From: an uncultured Gemmatimonadales bacterium
Lineage (GTDB): Bacteria > Gemmatimonadota > Gemmatimonadetes > Longimicrobiales > RSA9
DNA length: 64,000 nt
Direction of reading: 5' to 3'
NCBI GenBank assembly: GCA_963798845.1
Contig: CAWCUS010000003.1
Coordinates: 133,151-197,150 of the forward strand
Positions 1 to 10,298 of the stretch are shown here, piece after piece. The position numbers and the translations under genes are program-made. How positions within the stretch are numbered: the stretch's first letter is position 1; each line of letters opens with the position of its first letter. The notes beneath the pieces were generated by a model, which was not told the DNA's origin, searched no databases, and saw only the letters and a list, made by a program, of their open reading frames with translations.

Positions 1-1
1 G

Positions 2-1318
2 TACTGCTCGGCCGTGTGCTGCCGCGTGAGCATCAAGCAGGCGCTGGTGGCGCGGGAGATGGCCCCGGAGGCCGAGGTCTTCGTCCTCTACAAGGACATC
101 CGGACACCGGGCCAGTATGAGGAGCTGTACCGCCGGGCCCAGGAGGACAGCGGCATCTTCTTCACCAAGGTGGACGTCACCGGGGTGGAGACCAACGGCA
201 AGCTGGTGGTGAAGGGCGAGCACTCGCTCCTGGGCGAGGGTGTGGACGTGGAGGCGGACCTGGTGGTCCTGGCCACGGGAATGGTGCCACGCTCCGCCGA
301 TGGCGAGGCGCTCCGACGTTACACGGACGCGAAGGCGGTGGTGGCGAAGGACGAGGCCGGCGCCCAGCTGGACGCGGCCAGAGCCACCGTGGAGGAGATG
401 GCGCATCTGGAGGGCACCTCCGTGCTGAACCTGGGCTACCGACAGGGGCCGGACCTGCCCACGCTCCGCCATGACTTCCCGGACTCCCATTTCATTTGCT
501 TCCCCTACGAGACGCGGCGCACCGGCATCTACGCCGCCGGCTGCCTGCGTGCGCCCGAGGACGCGCAGATGGCCGCGGATGACGGCGCCGGCGCGGCCCT
601 CAAGGCCATCCAGACGATGGAGCTCGCCACGCGGGGCGAGGCGGTGCACCCGCGCTGGGGCGACATGTCGTACCCGTCCTTCTTCCTCCAGCGCTGCACC
701 CAGTGCAAGCGCTGCACGGAGGAGTGCCCGTTCGGCACGCTGAACGAGGACATGAAGGGGACGCCGCAGCTCAACCTCACGCGCTGCCGCCGCTGCGGCA
801 TCTGCATGGGGGCATGCCCGGAGCGGATCATCTCCTTCAAGGACTACTCGGTCGACATCGTCAGCTCGATGATCAAGGCGGTGAACATCCCCGACGAGTT
901 CGAGGAGAAGCCCCGCCTGCTGGGGCTCATCTGCGAGAACGACGCGTATCCGGCGCTGGACACGGCGGGACTCAAGCGAATCCGGCACTCTGCCAACATC
1001 CGCTTCGTCCCGGTCCGCTGCCTGGGGAGCGTGAACGTGGTGTGGGTGGCGGACGCGCTGGCGCGCGGCTTCGACGGCGTGCTGCTCGTCGGCTGCCGCT
1101 CGGGCTCCGAGTACCAGTGCCACTACATCCGCGGCAGCGAGCTCATGGAGACGCGCAGCAAGAACGTGCGCGAGAAGCTTCAGCAGCTCGCCCTCGAGGA
1201 AGAGCGGGTGCGTCTTGAGCAGCTGCCCATCGACCAGTTCGCGCGACTCCCGGAAATCATCGACGAGTTCGCCGCGCAGATCGATGAGATCGGCCTGAAT
1301 CCGTTCAAGGGAATGTGA
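2..1318 (+). CDS. qmoB: QmoB, APS reductase-associated electron transfer subunit (5'-partial)
   Basis: HdrA-like YCSAVCC and LVVLATGMVP; DSHFICFPYETRRTGIYAAG; two CxxCxxCxxxCP; C-terminal MvhD-like domain (CENDAYPALD, PVRCLGS, YQCHY). Followed by qmoC and sat. Confidence 0.95.
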   Translation, partial: YCSAVCCRVSIKQALVAREMAPEAEVFVLYKDIRTPGQYEELYRRAQEDSGIFFTKVDVTGVETNGKLVVKGEHSLLGEGVDVEADLVVLATGMVPRSADGEALRRYTDAKAVVAKDEAGAQLDAARATVEEMAHLEGTSVLNLGYRQGPDLPTLRHDFPDSHFICFPYETRRTGIYAAGCLRAPEDAQMAADDGAGAALKAIQTMELATRGEAVHPRWGDMSYPSFFLQRCTQCKRCTEECPFGTLNEDMKGTPQLNLTRCRRCGICMGACPERIISFKDYSVDIVSSMIKAVNIPDEFEEKPRLLGLICENDAYPALDTAGLKRIRHSANIRFVPVRCLGSVNVVWVADALARGFDGVLLVGCRSGSEYQCHYIRGSELMETRSKNVREKLQQLALEEERVRLEQLPIDQFARLPEIIDEFAAQIDEIGLNPFKGM

Positions 1319-1326
1319 GGAGAGCC

Positions 1327-2545
1327 ATGTCCCAGACCCTGCTCCTCGAGCCCGACCGCGCGTTCATCGACGCCGTACTGGCGTCCGGGGGTGGCGACCT
1401 GAAGAAGTGCATGCAGTGCGCCACGTGCTCCGCCGTCTGCGGCCTCTCCATGGACGGGGATCCGTTCCCGCGCAAGGAGATGCACTGGGCGCAGTGGGGG
1501 CTCAAGGACCGTCTCATGGCGGACCCGGACATTCTGGCTCTGCCACCAGTGCAACGACTGCTCCCGCCGGTGTCCGCGACAGGCTCGCCCGGGAGACGTG
1601 CTGGCCGCAGTGCGACAGCAGGCGGTGCAGCACTATGCGTTTCCGCGCTTTCTCGGGCGCTGGGTGAATCACCTGCCCACGCTCCCGCTCATGCTCTTCA
1701 TCCCGTCCGTGCTCCTCGCCCTGGCGCTCCTGGTACGCGACCCCCTCGCCCAGTCGCTCAGGGTCGGGGAGCCGGACGGGTTTTACGCTGAATTCTTCCC
1801 GCACTGGCTGCTCATTGGCTTCTTCTCCCTGTTCGTGGGCCTTGCCCTCGTCGGGGCGGCGGTCGGCGCTGTGCGATTCTGGGGGGCGATGAAGGCGGCC
1901 GACGCCGGCAACGACGTGGTCCGCAACGGCGCGACCGTGCCCGCCAGCATCGGCCGGGCCGTCGCATCCATTTTCCGCCACGACCGTTTCGCCGAATGCG
2001 AGGCGCGGCGGTCGCGGCGCTGGACGCACCTGCTGGCATTCTACGGCTTCCTCGCCCTGTTCGTGACCACTGTCTGGGCGGTGATCGACCTGTACGCCTT
2101 CCCGCTGATGGGGCTGGAGTCGGGTTACCCGTTCGGCCTCACTCACCCGGTGAAGTTCCTGGCCAACGCCGGGGCGCTGCTCCTGGTGGCGGGCGCCGGG
2201 AAGGCGCTGTGGGACCGGGCGAGGGCGGGCGGTGGGGTCGAGACCAGCACGTCTTTCGACTGGATCTTCGCCTGGCTGCTCCTGACCATCGGCGTCACCG
2301 GTCTGGTGACCGAGGCGCTGCGGTTCGTGGCCGATCCAGGCGCGGGCGCCACGCTCACGGCGACGGCGTACTCGCTGTACTACGTGCACCTGGTGCTGGT
2401 GTTCGCGCTCCTGGTCTACCTCCCGTACTCGAAGTTCGCCCACGTGCTCTACCGCACCGTGGCGCTCGTGTATGCGGAGCATACGGGTCGTACGCGGGGG
2501 CCGGGCCGCGCGGCGGTGGCGGCTCCGGCGGTAATCAATGCATAG
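1327..2545 (+). CDS. qmoC: QmoC, Fe-S/cytochrome b membrane subunit, with apparent +1 frameshift at ~1531-1534
   Basis: Frame 1 gives KKCMQCATCSAVC...WAQWGLKDRLMADPDI. After one extra base, frame 2 continues WLCHQCNDCSRRCPR...PGDVLAAVR, then TM helices and YLPYSKFAH. Confidence 0.92.
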
Positions 2546-2592
2546 CCCCACCGGGGGCGAACGGGGACTCCTAACGCGATGAGGGAACGGAC

Positions 2593-3819
2593 ATGAGCCA
2601 GCTCGTGAATCCGCACGGCAAGGAAAAGAAGCTCAAGCCCCTCCTGCTGGAGGGCGAGGAGCTCAAGGACGCGCAGCAGAAGGTCCCGACGCTGAAGAAG
2701 ATCCCCATCACGTCGAGGGAGGCGGGCGACGCCATCATGCTGGGCATCGGCGGCTTCACCCCCCTGGACGGGTTCATGGGGAAGGCCGACTGGAAGGGCG
2801 TCGTCACGGACATGCAGATGACGGACGGCACGTTCTGGCCGATCCCGATCACGCTGTCCGCGTCGAAGGCGGACTCGGACACGATCCGGGAGGGCGAGGA
2901 AGTCGTCCTGCTGGACGTGGAGACGGGGACCGACCTGGCGATCCTGAAGGTCACGGAGAAGTACACGATCGACAAGGAGCTGGAGTGCAAGGAGGTCTTC
3001 AGGACCGCCGATCCGGAGCACCCCGGCGTGGCGCAGGTGATGGCGCAGAAGGAAGTCAACCTGGCCGGCACGCTCCAGGTGCTGAGCGAGAGCTACTTCC
3101 CCGTCGAGTTCGGCGACGTCTACATGCGTCCGGCGGAATCGCGGAAGCTGTTCGAGGAGCGCGGGTGGCGGACCGTGGCAGCGCTGCAGCTGCGCAACCC
3201 GATGCACCGCTCCCACGAGTACCTGGCGAAGATCGCGCTGGAGGTCCTGGACGGGCTCTTCATCGACCAGCTCGTGGGCAAGCTCAAGCCCGGCGACATC
3301 CCGGCGGACGTGCGCGTGAGGTGCATCGACACGCTGGTGGAGAACTACTTCGTCAAGAACTCGGCCATCCAGGGCGGCTACCCGCTGGACATGCGCTACG
3401 CCGGTCCGCGTGAGGCGCTGCTCCATGCCCTGTTCCGCCAGAACTACGGCTGCAGCCACCTCATCGTCGGCCGGGACCATGCCGGCGTGGGCGACTACTA
3501 CGGGCCGTTCGACGCGCAGGAGATCTTCAACCAGATCCCCGAGGGCGCGCTGGAGACGCAGCCGCTGAAGATCGACTGGACGTTCTACTGCCACAAGTGC
3601 CGCGGCATGGCTTCGATGAAGACCTGCCCCCACGGCAAGGAAGACCGGCTGCTGCTGAGTGGCACCGTGCTGCGGAAGACGCTCTCCGAGGGCGGCGATC
3701 CGCCGGCGGATTTCAGCCGTCCCGAGGTGCTGGCGATCCTGAAGGAGTACTACGCCAACCTCGAGGAGAAGGTGGAAGTGAAGCTGCACGGCGCCGCTAC
3801 GGGCGCGGCGGCGAAGTAG
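2593..3819 (+). CDS. sat: Sulfate adenylyltransferase (dissimilatory)
   Basis: [34 protein letters not shown], CxxC...CPH, LSGT motifs. Confidence 0.98.
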   Translation: MSQLVNPHGKEKKLKPLLLEGEELKDAQQKVPTLKKIPITSREAGDAIMLGIGGFTPLDGFMGKADWKGVVTDMQMTDGTFWPIPITLSASKADSDTIREGEEVVLLDVETGTDLAILKVTEKYTIDKELECKEVFRTADPEHPGVAQVMAQKEVNLAGTLQVLSESYFPVEFGDVYMRPAESRKLFEERGWRTVAALQLRNPMHRSHEYLAKIALEVLDGLFIDQLVGKLKPGDIPADVRVRCIDTLVENYFVKNSAIQGGYPLDMRYAGPREALLHALFRQNYGCSHLIVGRDHAGVGDYYGPFDAQEIFNQIPEGALETQPLKIDWTFYCHKCRGMASMKTCPHGKEDRLLLSGTVLRKTLSEGGDPPADFSRPEVLAILKEYYANLEEKVEVKLHGAATGAAAK

Positions 3820-3847
3820 GACAACGGCGACGGGTGAGGGTGAGGCA

Positions 3848-4234
3848 ATGGACCTGATCACAGTCTCCAGGCAGTCCGGACTGCAGTTCGAGATCCGGGT
3901 GCGGAGCCATTCGGTGCGGAGCGACTTCTCGGTGGATGACGGCGGCGAGGATGCCGGCCCGTCGCCGTCGGAGCTCTTCGCCGGCTCGCTGGGGGCGTGC
4001 ATCGCGATGATGGTCCAGGGCTACTGCGACCGTCACGGCCACGGCGACGTGGAAGTGGCGATGACAGTGGAGCTGGGCACGGATCCGAAGCGGATCGCGG
4101 CCATCGCGGTGGACGTGGAGCTACCCCGGGAAGTCCCGGAGGCGGAGCTCCCGGTCCTGCGCCGGATCGCGGAAACCTGCGTGATCCATCACACCCTCGC
4201 CCGGCCGCCCCGGGTTGACATCGAGTTCGTGTAG
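3848..4234 (+). CDS. OsmC/Ohr (YhfA-like) family protein
   Basis: GGEDAGPSPSELFAGSLGAC and second Cys in IAETCVIHHTL; 128 aa. Confidence 0.85.
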   Translation: MDLITVSRQSGLQFEIRVRSHSVRSDFSVDDGGEDAGPSPSELFAGSLGACIAMMVQGYCDRHGHGDVEVAMTVELGTDPKRIAAIAVDVELPREVPEAELPVLRRIAETCVIHHTLARPPRVDIEFV

Positions 4235-4287
4235 CGCGCCTGCGGCCGACGGGCGGCGGCAACGCGGCACGTAAAACAGGAGGAATC

Positions 4288-4602
4288 ATGGAGACGCAGC
4301 TCGGCGGTAAGACGATGGAGATCGACGAGGACGGGTTCATCCAGGACCCGACCCAGTGGGACGAGGCGGTGGCCGCGGACCTCGCGAAGACCGAGGGCGT
4401 GGATCAGCTGACCGACCAGCACTGGAAGCTCGTGAACTATCTGCGGCAGTACTACCTGGACTACAACATGGCTCCGATGATCCGGAAGCTGTGCAAGGAG
4501 ACCGGGTTGAAGCTGAAGGACGTGTACGACCTGTTCCCCAGCGGCCCGGCCAAGGGCGCGTGCAAGGTGGCCGGGCTGCCGAAGCCCACCGGCTGCGTCT
4601 GA
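4288..4602 (+). CDS. dsrC: DsrC sulfur carrier
   Basis: DEDGF...LFPSGPAKGACKVAGLPKPTGCV with both C-terminal Cys (CX10C); AGGAGG RBS. Confidence 0.97.
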   Translation: METQLGGKTMEIDEDGFIQDPTQWDEAVAADLAKTEGVDQLTDQHWKLVNYLRQYYLDYNMAPMIRKLCKETGLKLKDVYDLFPSGPAKGACKVAGLPKPTGCV

Positions 4603-4614
4603 GGGAGGATCCCC

Positions 4615-4651
4615 CCGGCGGCGCGGGGCCGAACGGCCCCGCAGCCGTCGG
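4615..4651 (+). terminator. GC-rich stem-loop after dsrC (mRNA stabiliser or terminator; no U-tract)
   Basis: CCGGCGGC-GCGGGGCC-GAAC-GGCCCCGC-A-GCCGTCGG, about 16-bp stem with one bulge. Confidence 0.55.
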
Positions 4652-4666
4652 AAGGAGCGAATTGCG

Positions 4667-5245
4667 ATGAGCACGATGCGACAGGTCCTGGAAACGAAGA
4701 AGGACGCCGTCCTCGAGCGCTGGCTCGACGACGTGGTCGCCGCGTACCCCAACGAAGGGGGAGCCTTCTTCCGCGTCCGGCGCAACCAGTTCGCGAACCC
4801 GGTGGGGCACAGTATCCGGGAAGGCACGCGGGCGGTGCTCGACGGCGTGCTGACGGGAGCGGCCCTGGACGCGTTCCGGGTACCGCTCGCCGCCATGCTG
4901 CGGGTCCGCGCCGTTCAGGAGATGTCGGCGTCACAGGCGGTGGGCTTCGTTCTGGGGCTGAAGCGGGCGATCCGTGCGGAAGCGGGTGAGCCGGAGAACT
5001 GCGCCCGGGCGGAGGAGCTGGTGGCGCTGGAGGAGGCGGTGGACCGGGTCGCCCTGCTGGGGTTCGACCTGTTCACCGAGGTGCGCGAAGAGCTGGCCCG
5101 GGTCCGCATCCGGGAGATGGAGCGACACGTGTCCTGGATCACGAGCCGGCTCAACGCCAGTGACACCCGCCCGCGCGGGGAATGGGGCGAGGCCGACGAG
5201 GACGCACCCGAAGACACGAAAGTGAGGCGAGGGACTCTCCCATGA
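4667..5245 (+). CDS. dsrT: DsrT (RsbRD N-terminal domain)
   Basis: W...YP...NQFANPVG...RVRAVQEMSASQAVGFV; directly upstream of dsrM, overlapping its start. Confidence 0.9.
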   Translation: MSTMRQVLETKKDAVLERWLDDVVAAYPNEGGAFFRVRRNQFANPVGHSIREGTRAVLDGVLTGAALDAFRVPLAAMLRVRAVQEMSASQAVGFVLGLKRAIRAEAGEPENCARAEELVALEEAVDRVALLGFDLFTEVREELARVRIREMERHVSWITSRLNASDTRPRGEWGEADEDAPEDTKVRRGTLP

Positions 5246-6231
5246 AGGTGATTCTTCCCCTGCTGGTCGTGGCGGCCCTGTTCGTGACGGGCCTGCTCGG
5301 CGCATCGGTGGCGTCCGGCTGGGTCTTCGGCGTGGTGATCCCGTACGTGGCGGTCACCATCCTGTTCACCGGGCTCATCTACCGGGTCCTCGCCTGGGCC
5401 GCGGTGCCCGTGCCGTTCCGGATCACGACGACGAGCGGACAGCAGAAGTCGCTCCCATGGATCCGTCGGAACGCGCTGGACAACCCCAGCGGCAGGGCGG
5501 GCGTGATCGGCCGGATGGTGCTCGAGGTCTGCTGCTTCCGCTCGCTGCTCAAGAACACCCGGACCGAGATGGTGCCCGGGAAGGGGCTGGTCTACGCCAC
5601 GTCGCTCACGCTCTGGCTGGCGGCGATGGCCATGCACTGGTCGCTGCTCGTGATCGTGACTCGCCACCTGCGCCTGTTCACGGAGCCGGTCCCCGGCTTC
5701 GTGCCGGCGATCGAGGGTCTCGACGGGTTCCTCGAGGTGGGTCTGCCGGTGTTCTACCTCACGAGCGTGCTCTTCCTGCTGGCGGCCGGCTACCTGCTCT
5801 ACCGGCGCCTCTCGGATCCGCGCGTGCGGTACATCTCTCTGTTCGGCGACTACTTCCCGCTCTTCCTTCTCCTGGGGATCGGCCTCAGCGGATTCTGGCT
5901 GCGCCACCTGGGCCGCACCGACGTGCGCGCCATCAAGGAGCTCGCGCTGGGCCTGGTCAACTTCGCCCCCGCCGTGCCGCACGGGATCGCGCCGCTCTTC
6001 TTCGGCCACCTGTTCCTCGTGTCCGTGCTGGTGGCCTACTTCCCGTTCAGCAAGCTGGTCCACGCCCCCGGCGTGTTCCTGAGCCCGACGCGCAACCTGG
6101 CGAACACCAACCGCCGCGTCCGGCACGTGAACCCGTGGGATTATCCGGTCCCCGTGCACACCTACGAGGAGTACGAGGACGAGTTCAGGGAGAAGATGAT
6201 CGCTGCCGGTATCCCGGTGGAGAAATCATAG
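5242..6231 (+). CDS. dsrM: DsrM, NarI-like cytochrome b
   Basis: PVPFRITTTSGQQKSLPWI, MHWS, RHLRLF, HLFLV, YFPFSKLVH, SPTRN. Confidence 0.95.
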   Translation: MKVILPLLVVAALFVTGLLGASVASGWVFGVVIPYVAVTILFTGLIYRVLAWAAVPVPFRITTTSGQQKSLPWIRRNALDNPSGRAGVIGRMVLEVCCFRSLLKNTRTEMVPGKGLVYATSLTLWLAAMAMHWSLLVIVTRHLRLFTEPVPGFVPAIEGLDGFLEVGLPVFYLTSVLFLLAAGYLLYRRLSDPRVRYISLFGDYFPLFLLLGIGLSGFWLRHLGRTDVRAIKELALGLVNFAPAVPHGIAPLFFGHLFLVSVLVAYFPFSKLVHAPGVFLSPTRNLANTNRRVRHVNPWDYPVPVHTYEEYEDEFREKMIAAGIPVEKS

Positions 6232-6233
6232 CC

Positions 6234-7919
6234 ATGTCGCGCTTCGACGATCCGGAACACTACGAGAAGGACGAGCTCCTGGGGGTGGACTGGACCCCAC
6301 CCTCGTCGCCCTGGATGGACACGCCCGTCCAGATCCAGCCGGGCCGCTTCATCTACCCCGGGAAAGCCAAGAACCTGGAGGCGCTGGGCCTGCCCAACGC
6401 CCGGGAGTGGGCGGTCACGGACGTGGACTGGAAGCTCCCGCACGACTGGCAGCGGATCATCCTGGAAGGGATGGCCGAACGGCTCAAGAAGTACCGCAGT
6501 TTCAAGCTATACATGGACATCTGCGTCCGCTGCGGTGCCTGCGCCGACAAGTGCCACTTCTTCATCGGCGGCGGGGACCCCAAGAACATGCCCGTGCTCC
6601 GGGCCGAGCTGCTGCGCTCCATCTATCGCCACGACTTCACGGCAATGGGGAAGGTGTTCGGGAAGATGGCGGGCGCGCGGCCGCTCACGGAGGACGTGAT
6701 CAAGGAGTGGTTCTACTACTTCTTCCAGTGTACGGAGTGCCGGCGCTGCTCGGTCTTCTGTCCGTACGGCATCGACACGGCCGAGATCACCATGATGGGG
6801 CGCGAGCTGCTGGGGCTGCTCGGGCTGTACGTGAACTGGGTGATCGAGCCCGTGGCCAACTGCTCGCGCACCGGCAACCACCTGGGCATCCCGCCGCACG
6901 GCCTGGTGGACACCCTCGAGTTCATGCGGGACGACATTGAGGAGGCCACCGGGATCCGCGTGGACCTGCCCATCAACAAGAAGGGCGCCGAGATCCTCTT
7001 CGTCACGCCCTCGGGCGACTACGTGGCGGCGCCGGGCATCTACACGTGCATGTCGTACATGCTCCTCTTCCACGAGCTGGGCATCGACTACACGTGGAGC
7101 ACCTACGCGTCGGAGGGCGGGAACTTCGGGCTGTTCACGTCGCACGAGATGATCAAGCGCCTCAACGCGAAGATGTACCGGGAGGCCAAGCGGCTCGGGG
7201 TGAAGTGGATCCTGGGCGGCGAGTGCGGCCACATGTGGCGCGTCGTCAACCAGTACATGGACACCGTCAACGGGCCGGCCGATTTCCTGGAAGTCCCGAA
7301 GTCGCCCGTCACGGGAACCGTGTTCGAGAACGCCCGCTCGACCAAGATGGTCCACCTGATGGAGTTTCTGGCGGACGTGATCCGGCACGACAAGCTCGAG
7401 CTCGACCCATCGAGGAACGACCACATCCGGGTCACCTTCCACGACTCCTGCAACCCCGCCCGGGCGATGGGGATCTTCGAGGAGCCGCGTTACGTGATCC
7501 GAAACGTGTGCAACCACTTCTACGAGATGCCGGCCAACACGATCCGCGAGCAGACCTTCTGCTGCGGCGGCGGCGCCGGTCTGGGCACGGACGAGAACAT
7601 GGAGATGCGGCTCCGCGGCGGCATGCCGCGGGGGCTGGCCGTCCGCCACGTCCAGGAGAAGCACGGCGTGAACCAGCTGGCGGCCATGTGTGCCATCGAC
7701 CGGGCCACGTTGAGCACCGTTTGCGACTACTGGGCTCCGGGCGTCCAGGTCACCGGGATCAGCGAGCTGGTGGCCAACGCCACCGTGTTCAAGGGCGAGA
7801 AGCGCCGCCCCATCAATCTCCGCCTCGAGCCGATTCCGGGGATGGAGGAGGAGCCGGAAATCGACGAGCCGCGCGCCGAGCCAGTCCCGGTCGCGGCGGG
7901 AGGTGCCGTCCATGGGTGA
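6234..7919 (+). CDS. dsrK: DsrK, HdrD-like Fe-S protein
   Basis: CVRCGACADKC, CTECRRCSVFCP, GECGH, HDSCN, FCCGGG. The ORF-track start at 5457 is an out-of-frame extension over dsrM. Confidence 0.96.
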   Translation: MSRFDDPEHYEKDELLGVDWTPPSSPWMDTPVQIQPGRFIYPGKAKNLEALGLPNAREWAVTDVDWKLPHDWQRIILEGMAERLKKYRSFKLYMDICVRCGACADKCHFFIGGGDPKNMPVLRAELLRSIYRHDFTAMGKVFGKMAGARPLTEDVIKEWFYYFFQCTECRRCSVFCPYGIDTAEITMMGRELLGLLGLYVNWVIEPVANCSRTGNHLGIPPHGLVDTLEFMRDDIEEATGIRVDLPINKKGAEILFVTPSGDYVAAPGIYTCMSYMLLFHELGIDYTWSTYASEGGNFGLFTSHEMIKRLNAKMYREAKRLGVKWILGGECGHMWRVVNQYMDTVNGPADFLEVPKSPVTGTVFENARSTKMVHLMEFLADVIRHDKLELDPSRNDHIRVTFHDSCNPARAMGIFEEPRYVIRNVCNHFYEMPANTIREQTFCCGGGAGLGTDENMEMRLRGGMPRGLAVRHVQEKHGVNQLAAMCAIDRATLSTVCDYWAPGVQVTGISELVANATVFKGEKRRPINLRLEPIPGMEEEPEIDEPRAEPVPVAAGGAVHG

Positions 7920-8280
7920 CCGCAAGTGGATCTACACGGGCCTCGGCCTCTTCCTGGCCGTGGCGCTCCTCCCGATCTGGCGCGCCGTCGCGTCGGACAC
8001 CGACCGCACGCCGCCCGTGCTGGAGCTGCCGGACTCGGCGGCCTGCGTGGAGGACACGGCGTTCATGATCCCGAACCACCCCGCGCTGCTGAACGAGTGG
8101 CGCACGCGCGTGGTGCGGAACGGAGAGAAGGAGTACACGGCGTCGGACGGGAAGACCTACACCATGAGCCTGACCGGCACGTGCATGGGGTGTCACGAAA
8201 ACCGCGGAACGTTCTGCCAGCGCTGTCACGACTACGCGGACGTTCAGCCCACTTGCTGGAACTGCCATGTCGAACCGTGA
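7912..8280 (+). CDS. dsrJ: DsrJ triheme cytochrome c
   Basis: N-terminal TM, CVE...M..NH, WR..VVR.G, CMGCH, CQRCH, CWNCH. Confidence 0.95.
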   Translation: MGDRKWIYTGLGLFLAVALLPIWRAVASDTDRTPPVLELPDSAACVEDTAFMIPNHPALLNEWRTRVVRNGEKEYTASDGKTYTMSLTGTCMGCHENRGTFCQRCHDYADVQPTCWNCHVEP

Positions 8281-9130
8281 TCGCGAGGAAGGGCCCCGGA
8301 GCGGGACGGACCGGCGCACCTTCCTGAAAGAGGCGGGGTCCGCGGCGCTCGGCCTGGGCTGGGGCCTGCCCATCCTCACGGCTGCATGCACCCGGGCCGG
8401 AGCCACGCAGGCGACGGAGGCCGGGGCCGCCCGTGCGGGCGCCGAGGCCGGCGCCGCCCATCAGCTGGCCATGGTGGTGGACGTGGAGAAGTGCCGCGCG
8501 GACGCGGTGCGGGAGGCGGCGACGGAAGCGTGCCGCCGCGCGCACAACATCCCCCGGATTCCCGACCCCGATGACGAGGTCAAGTGGGTCTGGAGCGAGA
8601 AGTACGAGAGGGTTTTCGAGGACCGCGTCCACGCTCACATGGGGGAGGAGCGACTCGAGACGCCGGTCCTGGTGATGTGCAACCAATGCACCAACCCGCC
8701 GTGCGTCCGGGTGTGCCCCACGCAGGCGACCTACAAGCGCGAGTCCGACGGCATCGTGATGATGGACATGCACCGGTGCATCGGCTGCCGGTACTGCATG
8801 GCCGCGTGCCCGTTCGGGGCGCGCAGCTTCAACTGGCGCGATCCCCGTCCGTACGTCGAAACGGACGCCAATGGGAAGTACCTCTCCGACTACCCGACGC
8901 GCACGCGGGGCGTGGTGGAGAAGTGCGACCTGTGTGCGGAGCGGCTTCGTGACGGTCAGCTGCCGGCGTGCGTGGCGGCGGCGGCCACCGTGCCGGGCGG
9001 CGAGGGCGCGCTGCTGTTCGGGGACGTGGCCGACCCGTCGTCCGAGGTCAGCCGCGTTCTGAGGGAGAGGGAGAGCGCAGTCCGGCGTGCCGAGCTGGGC
9101 ACCGGTCCCAACGTCTACTACCTGGTCTGA
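8267..9130 (+). CDS. dsrO: DsrO, Tat-exported Fe-S protein
   Basis: RRTFLK Tat signal; CNQCTNPPCVRVCP, CIGCRYCMAACP, GVVEKC, LGTGPNVYY. Confidence 0.94.
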   Translation: MSNRDREEGPRSGTDRRTFLKEAGSAALGLGWGLPILTAACTRAGATQATEAGAARAGAEAGAAHQLAMVVDVEKCRADAVREAATEACRRAHNIPRIPDPDDEVKWVWSEKYERVFEDRVHAHMGEERLETPVLVMCNQCTNPPCVRVCPTQATYKRESDGIVMMDMHRCIGCRYCMAACPFGARSFNWRDPRPYVETDANGKYLSDYPTRTRGVVEKCDLCAERLRDGQLPACVAAAATVPGGEGALLFGDVADPSSEVSRVLRERESAVRRAELGTGPNVYYLV

Positions 9131-9137
9131 GGCGAAC

Positions 9138-10298
9138 ATGCTGGAAGCCGCATTTCGCGGGGGCAGGCGATACTGGCTGCTGATGGCAGTGTGGGTGATC
9201 CTCGTTGCCATCGGCGTGCTGGCCTACACCCGGCAGTTCACCGAGGGGCTCACCATCACGGGCATGAGCCGGGACGTCAGCTGGGGGCTCTACATCGCCC
9301 AGTTCACGTTCCTGGTGGGCGTGGCCGCCTCCGCCGTCATGGTGGTGCTCCCGTACTACCTGCACGACTACAAGACCTTCGGGAAGCTCGTGATCCTGGG
9401 CGAGTTCCTGGCCGTGTCCGCCGTGCTCATGTGCATGGCGTTCATCTTCGTGGACATGGGCCAGCCGACCCGCGTGCTCAACATCTTCCTCCACCCCACG
9501 CCGAATTCGGTGATGTTCTGGGACAGCATGGTCCTGTTCGGCTATCTGCTCCTCAACCTGGTCATCGGAACGACCACGTTCGACGCCGAGCGGAAGGGCG
9601 GACCGCCGCCCCGGTGGGTGAAGCCGCTCATCTACCTGTCCATTCCTTGGGCGGTGAGCATCCACACGGTCACGGCGTTCCTGTACTCCGGCCTCGAGGC
9701 CCGCACCTTCTGGATGACGGCGATCCTGGCGCCGCGTTTCCTGGCGTCCGCCTTCGCCTCGGGTCCGAGCCTGCTCATCCTCCTGGCCGTCCTGCTCCGG
9801 CACACCACGAAGTTCGATGCGGGGCAGAAGGCCATCGGGAAGCTGGCCGTGATCGTCACCTATGCCATGACCATCAACCTGTTTTTCGTGGTCGTGGAGC
9901 TCTTCACCGGGCTGTACAGCGACATGCCCGGCCACATGCGCGCGTTCCAGTACCTGTACACCGGTCTCGAAGGGCACCAGGCCCTCGTCCCGTGGATGTG
10001 GACCAACGCGCTGCTGACCCTCGCCTGCGTGAGCCTGCTGCTGGTGCCGGCCGTGCGCCGCCGCGAGGGCTTGCTGGCCGCCACGGCAGCGGCGGTGATC
10101 GTCGCCGTGTGGATCGAGAAGGGTATGGGCCTCGTGATCGGGGGCTTTATCCCCAACCCCCTCGGACACGTGACGGAGTACACTCCCACCCTTCCGGAGA
10201 TCGCCATCACCGTGGGCGTCTACGCGATGGGATTCATGATCCTGACCCTGCTGGTCCGGATCGTCGTGAACGTGAGAGAGGCACTCGAAGCGGCCTGA
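9138..10298 (+). CDS. dsrP: DsrP, NrfD family membrane protein
   Basis: TGMSRDVSWGLYIAQFTFLVGVAASAV, WAVSIHTVTAFL, LAPRFLASAF. Confidence 0.95.
   Translation: MLEAAFRGGRRYWLLMAVWVILVAIGVLAYTRQFTEGLTITGMSRDVSWGLYIAQFTFLVGVAASAVMVVLPYYLHDYKTFGKLVILGEFLAVSAVLMCMAFIFVDMGQPTRVLNIFLHPTPNSVMFWDSMVLFGYLLLNLVIGTTTFDAERKGGPPPRWVKPLIYLSIPWAVSIHTVTAFLYSGLEARTFWMTAILAPRFLASAFASGPSLLILLAVLLRHTTKFDAGQKAIGKLAVIVTYAMTINLFFVVVELFTGLYSDMPGHMRAFQYLYTGLEGHQALVPWMWTNALLTLACVSLLLVPAVRRREGLLAATAAAVIVAVWIEKGMGLVIGGFIPNPLGHVTEYTPTLPEIAITVGVYAMGFMILTLLVRIVVNVREALEAA

Noticed and set aside
3255..3280. Sat FIDQLVG where His is usual (also TSUP SGFCPF)
   Set aside because: Cannot distinguish natural variation from sequencing substitution without reads or alignments.
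8470..8550. DsrO missing Cys residues of the first Fe-S motif
   Set aside because: A degenerate first cluster is known in DsrO of sulfate reducers, so this is not novel.
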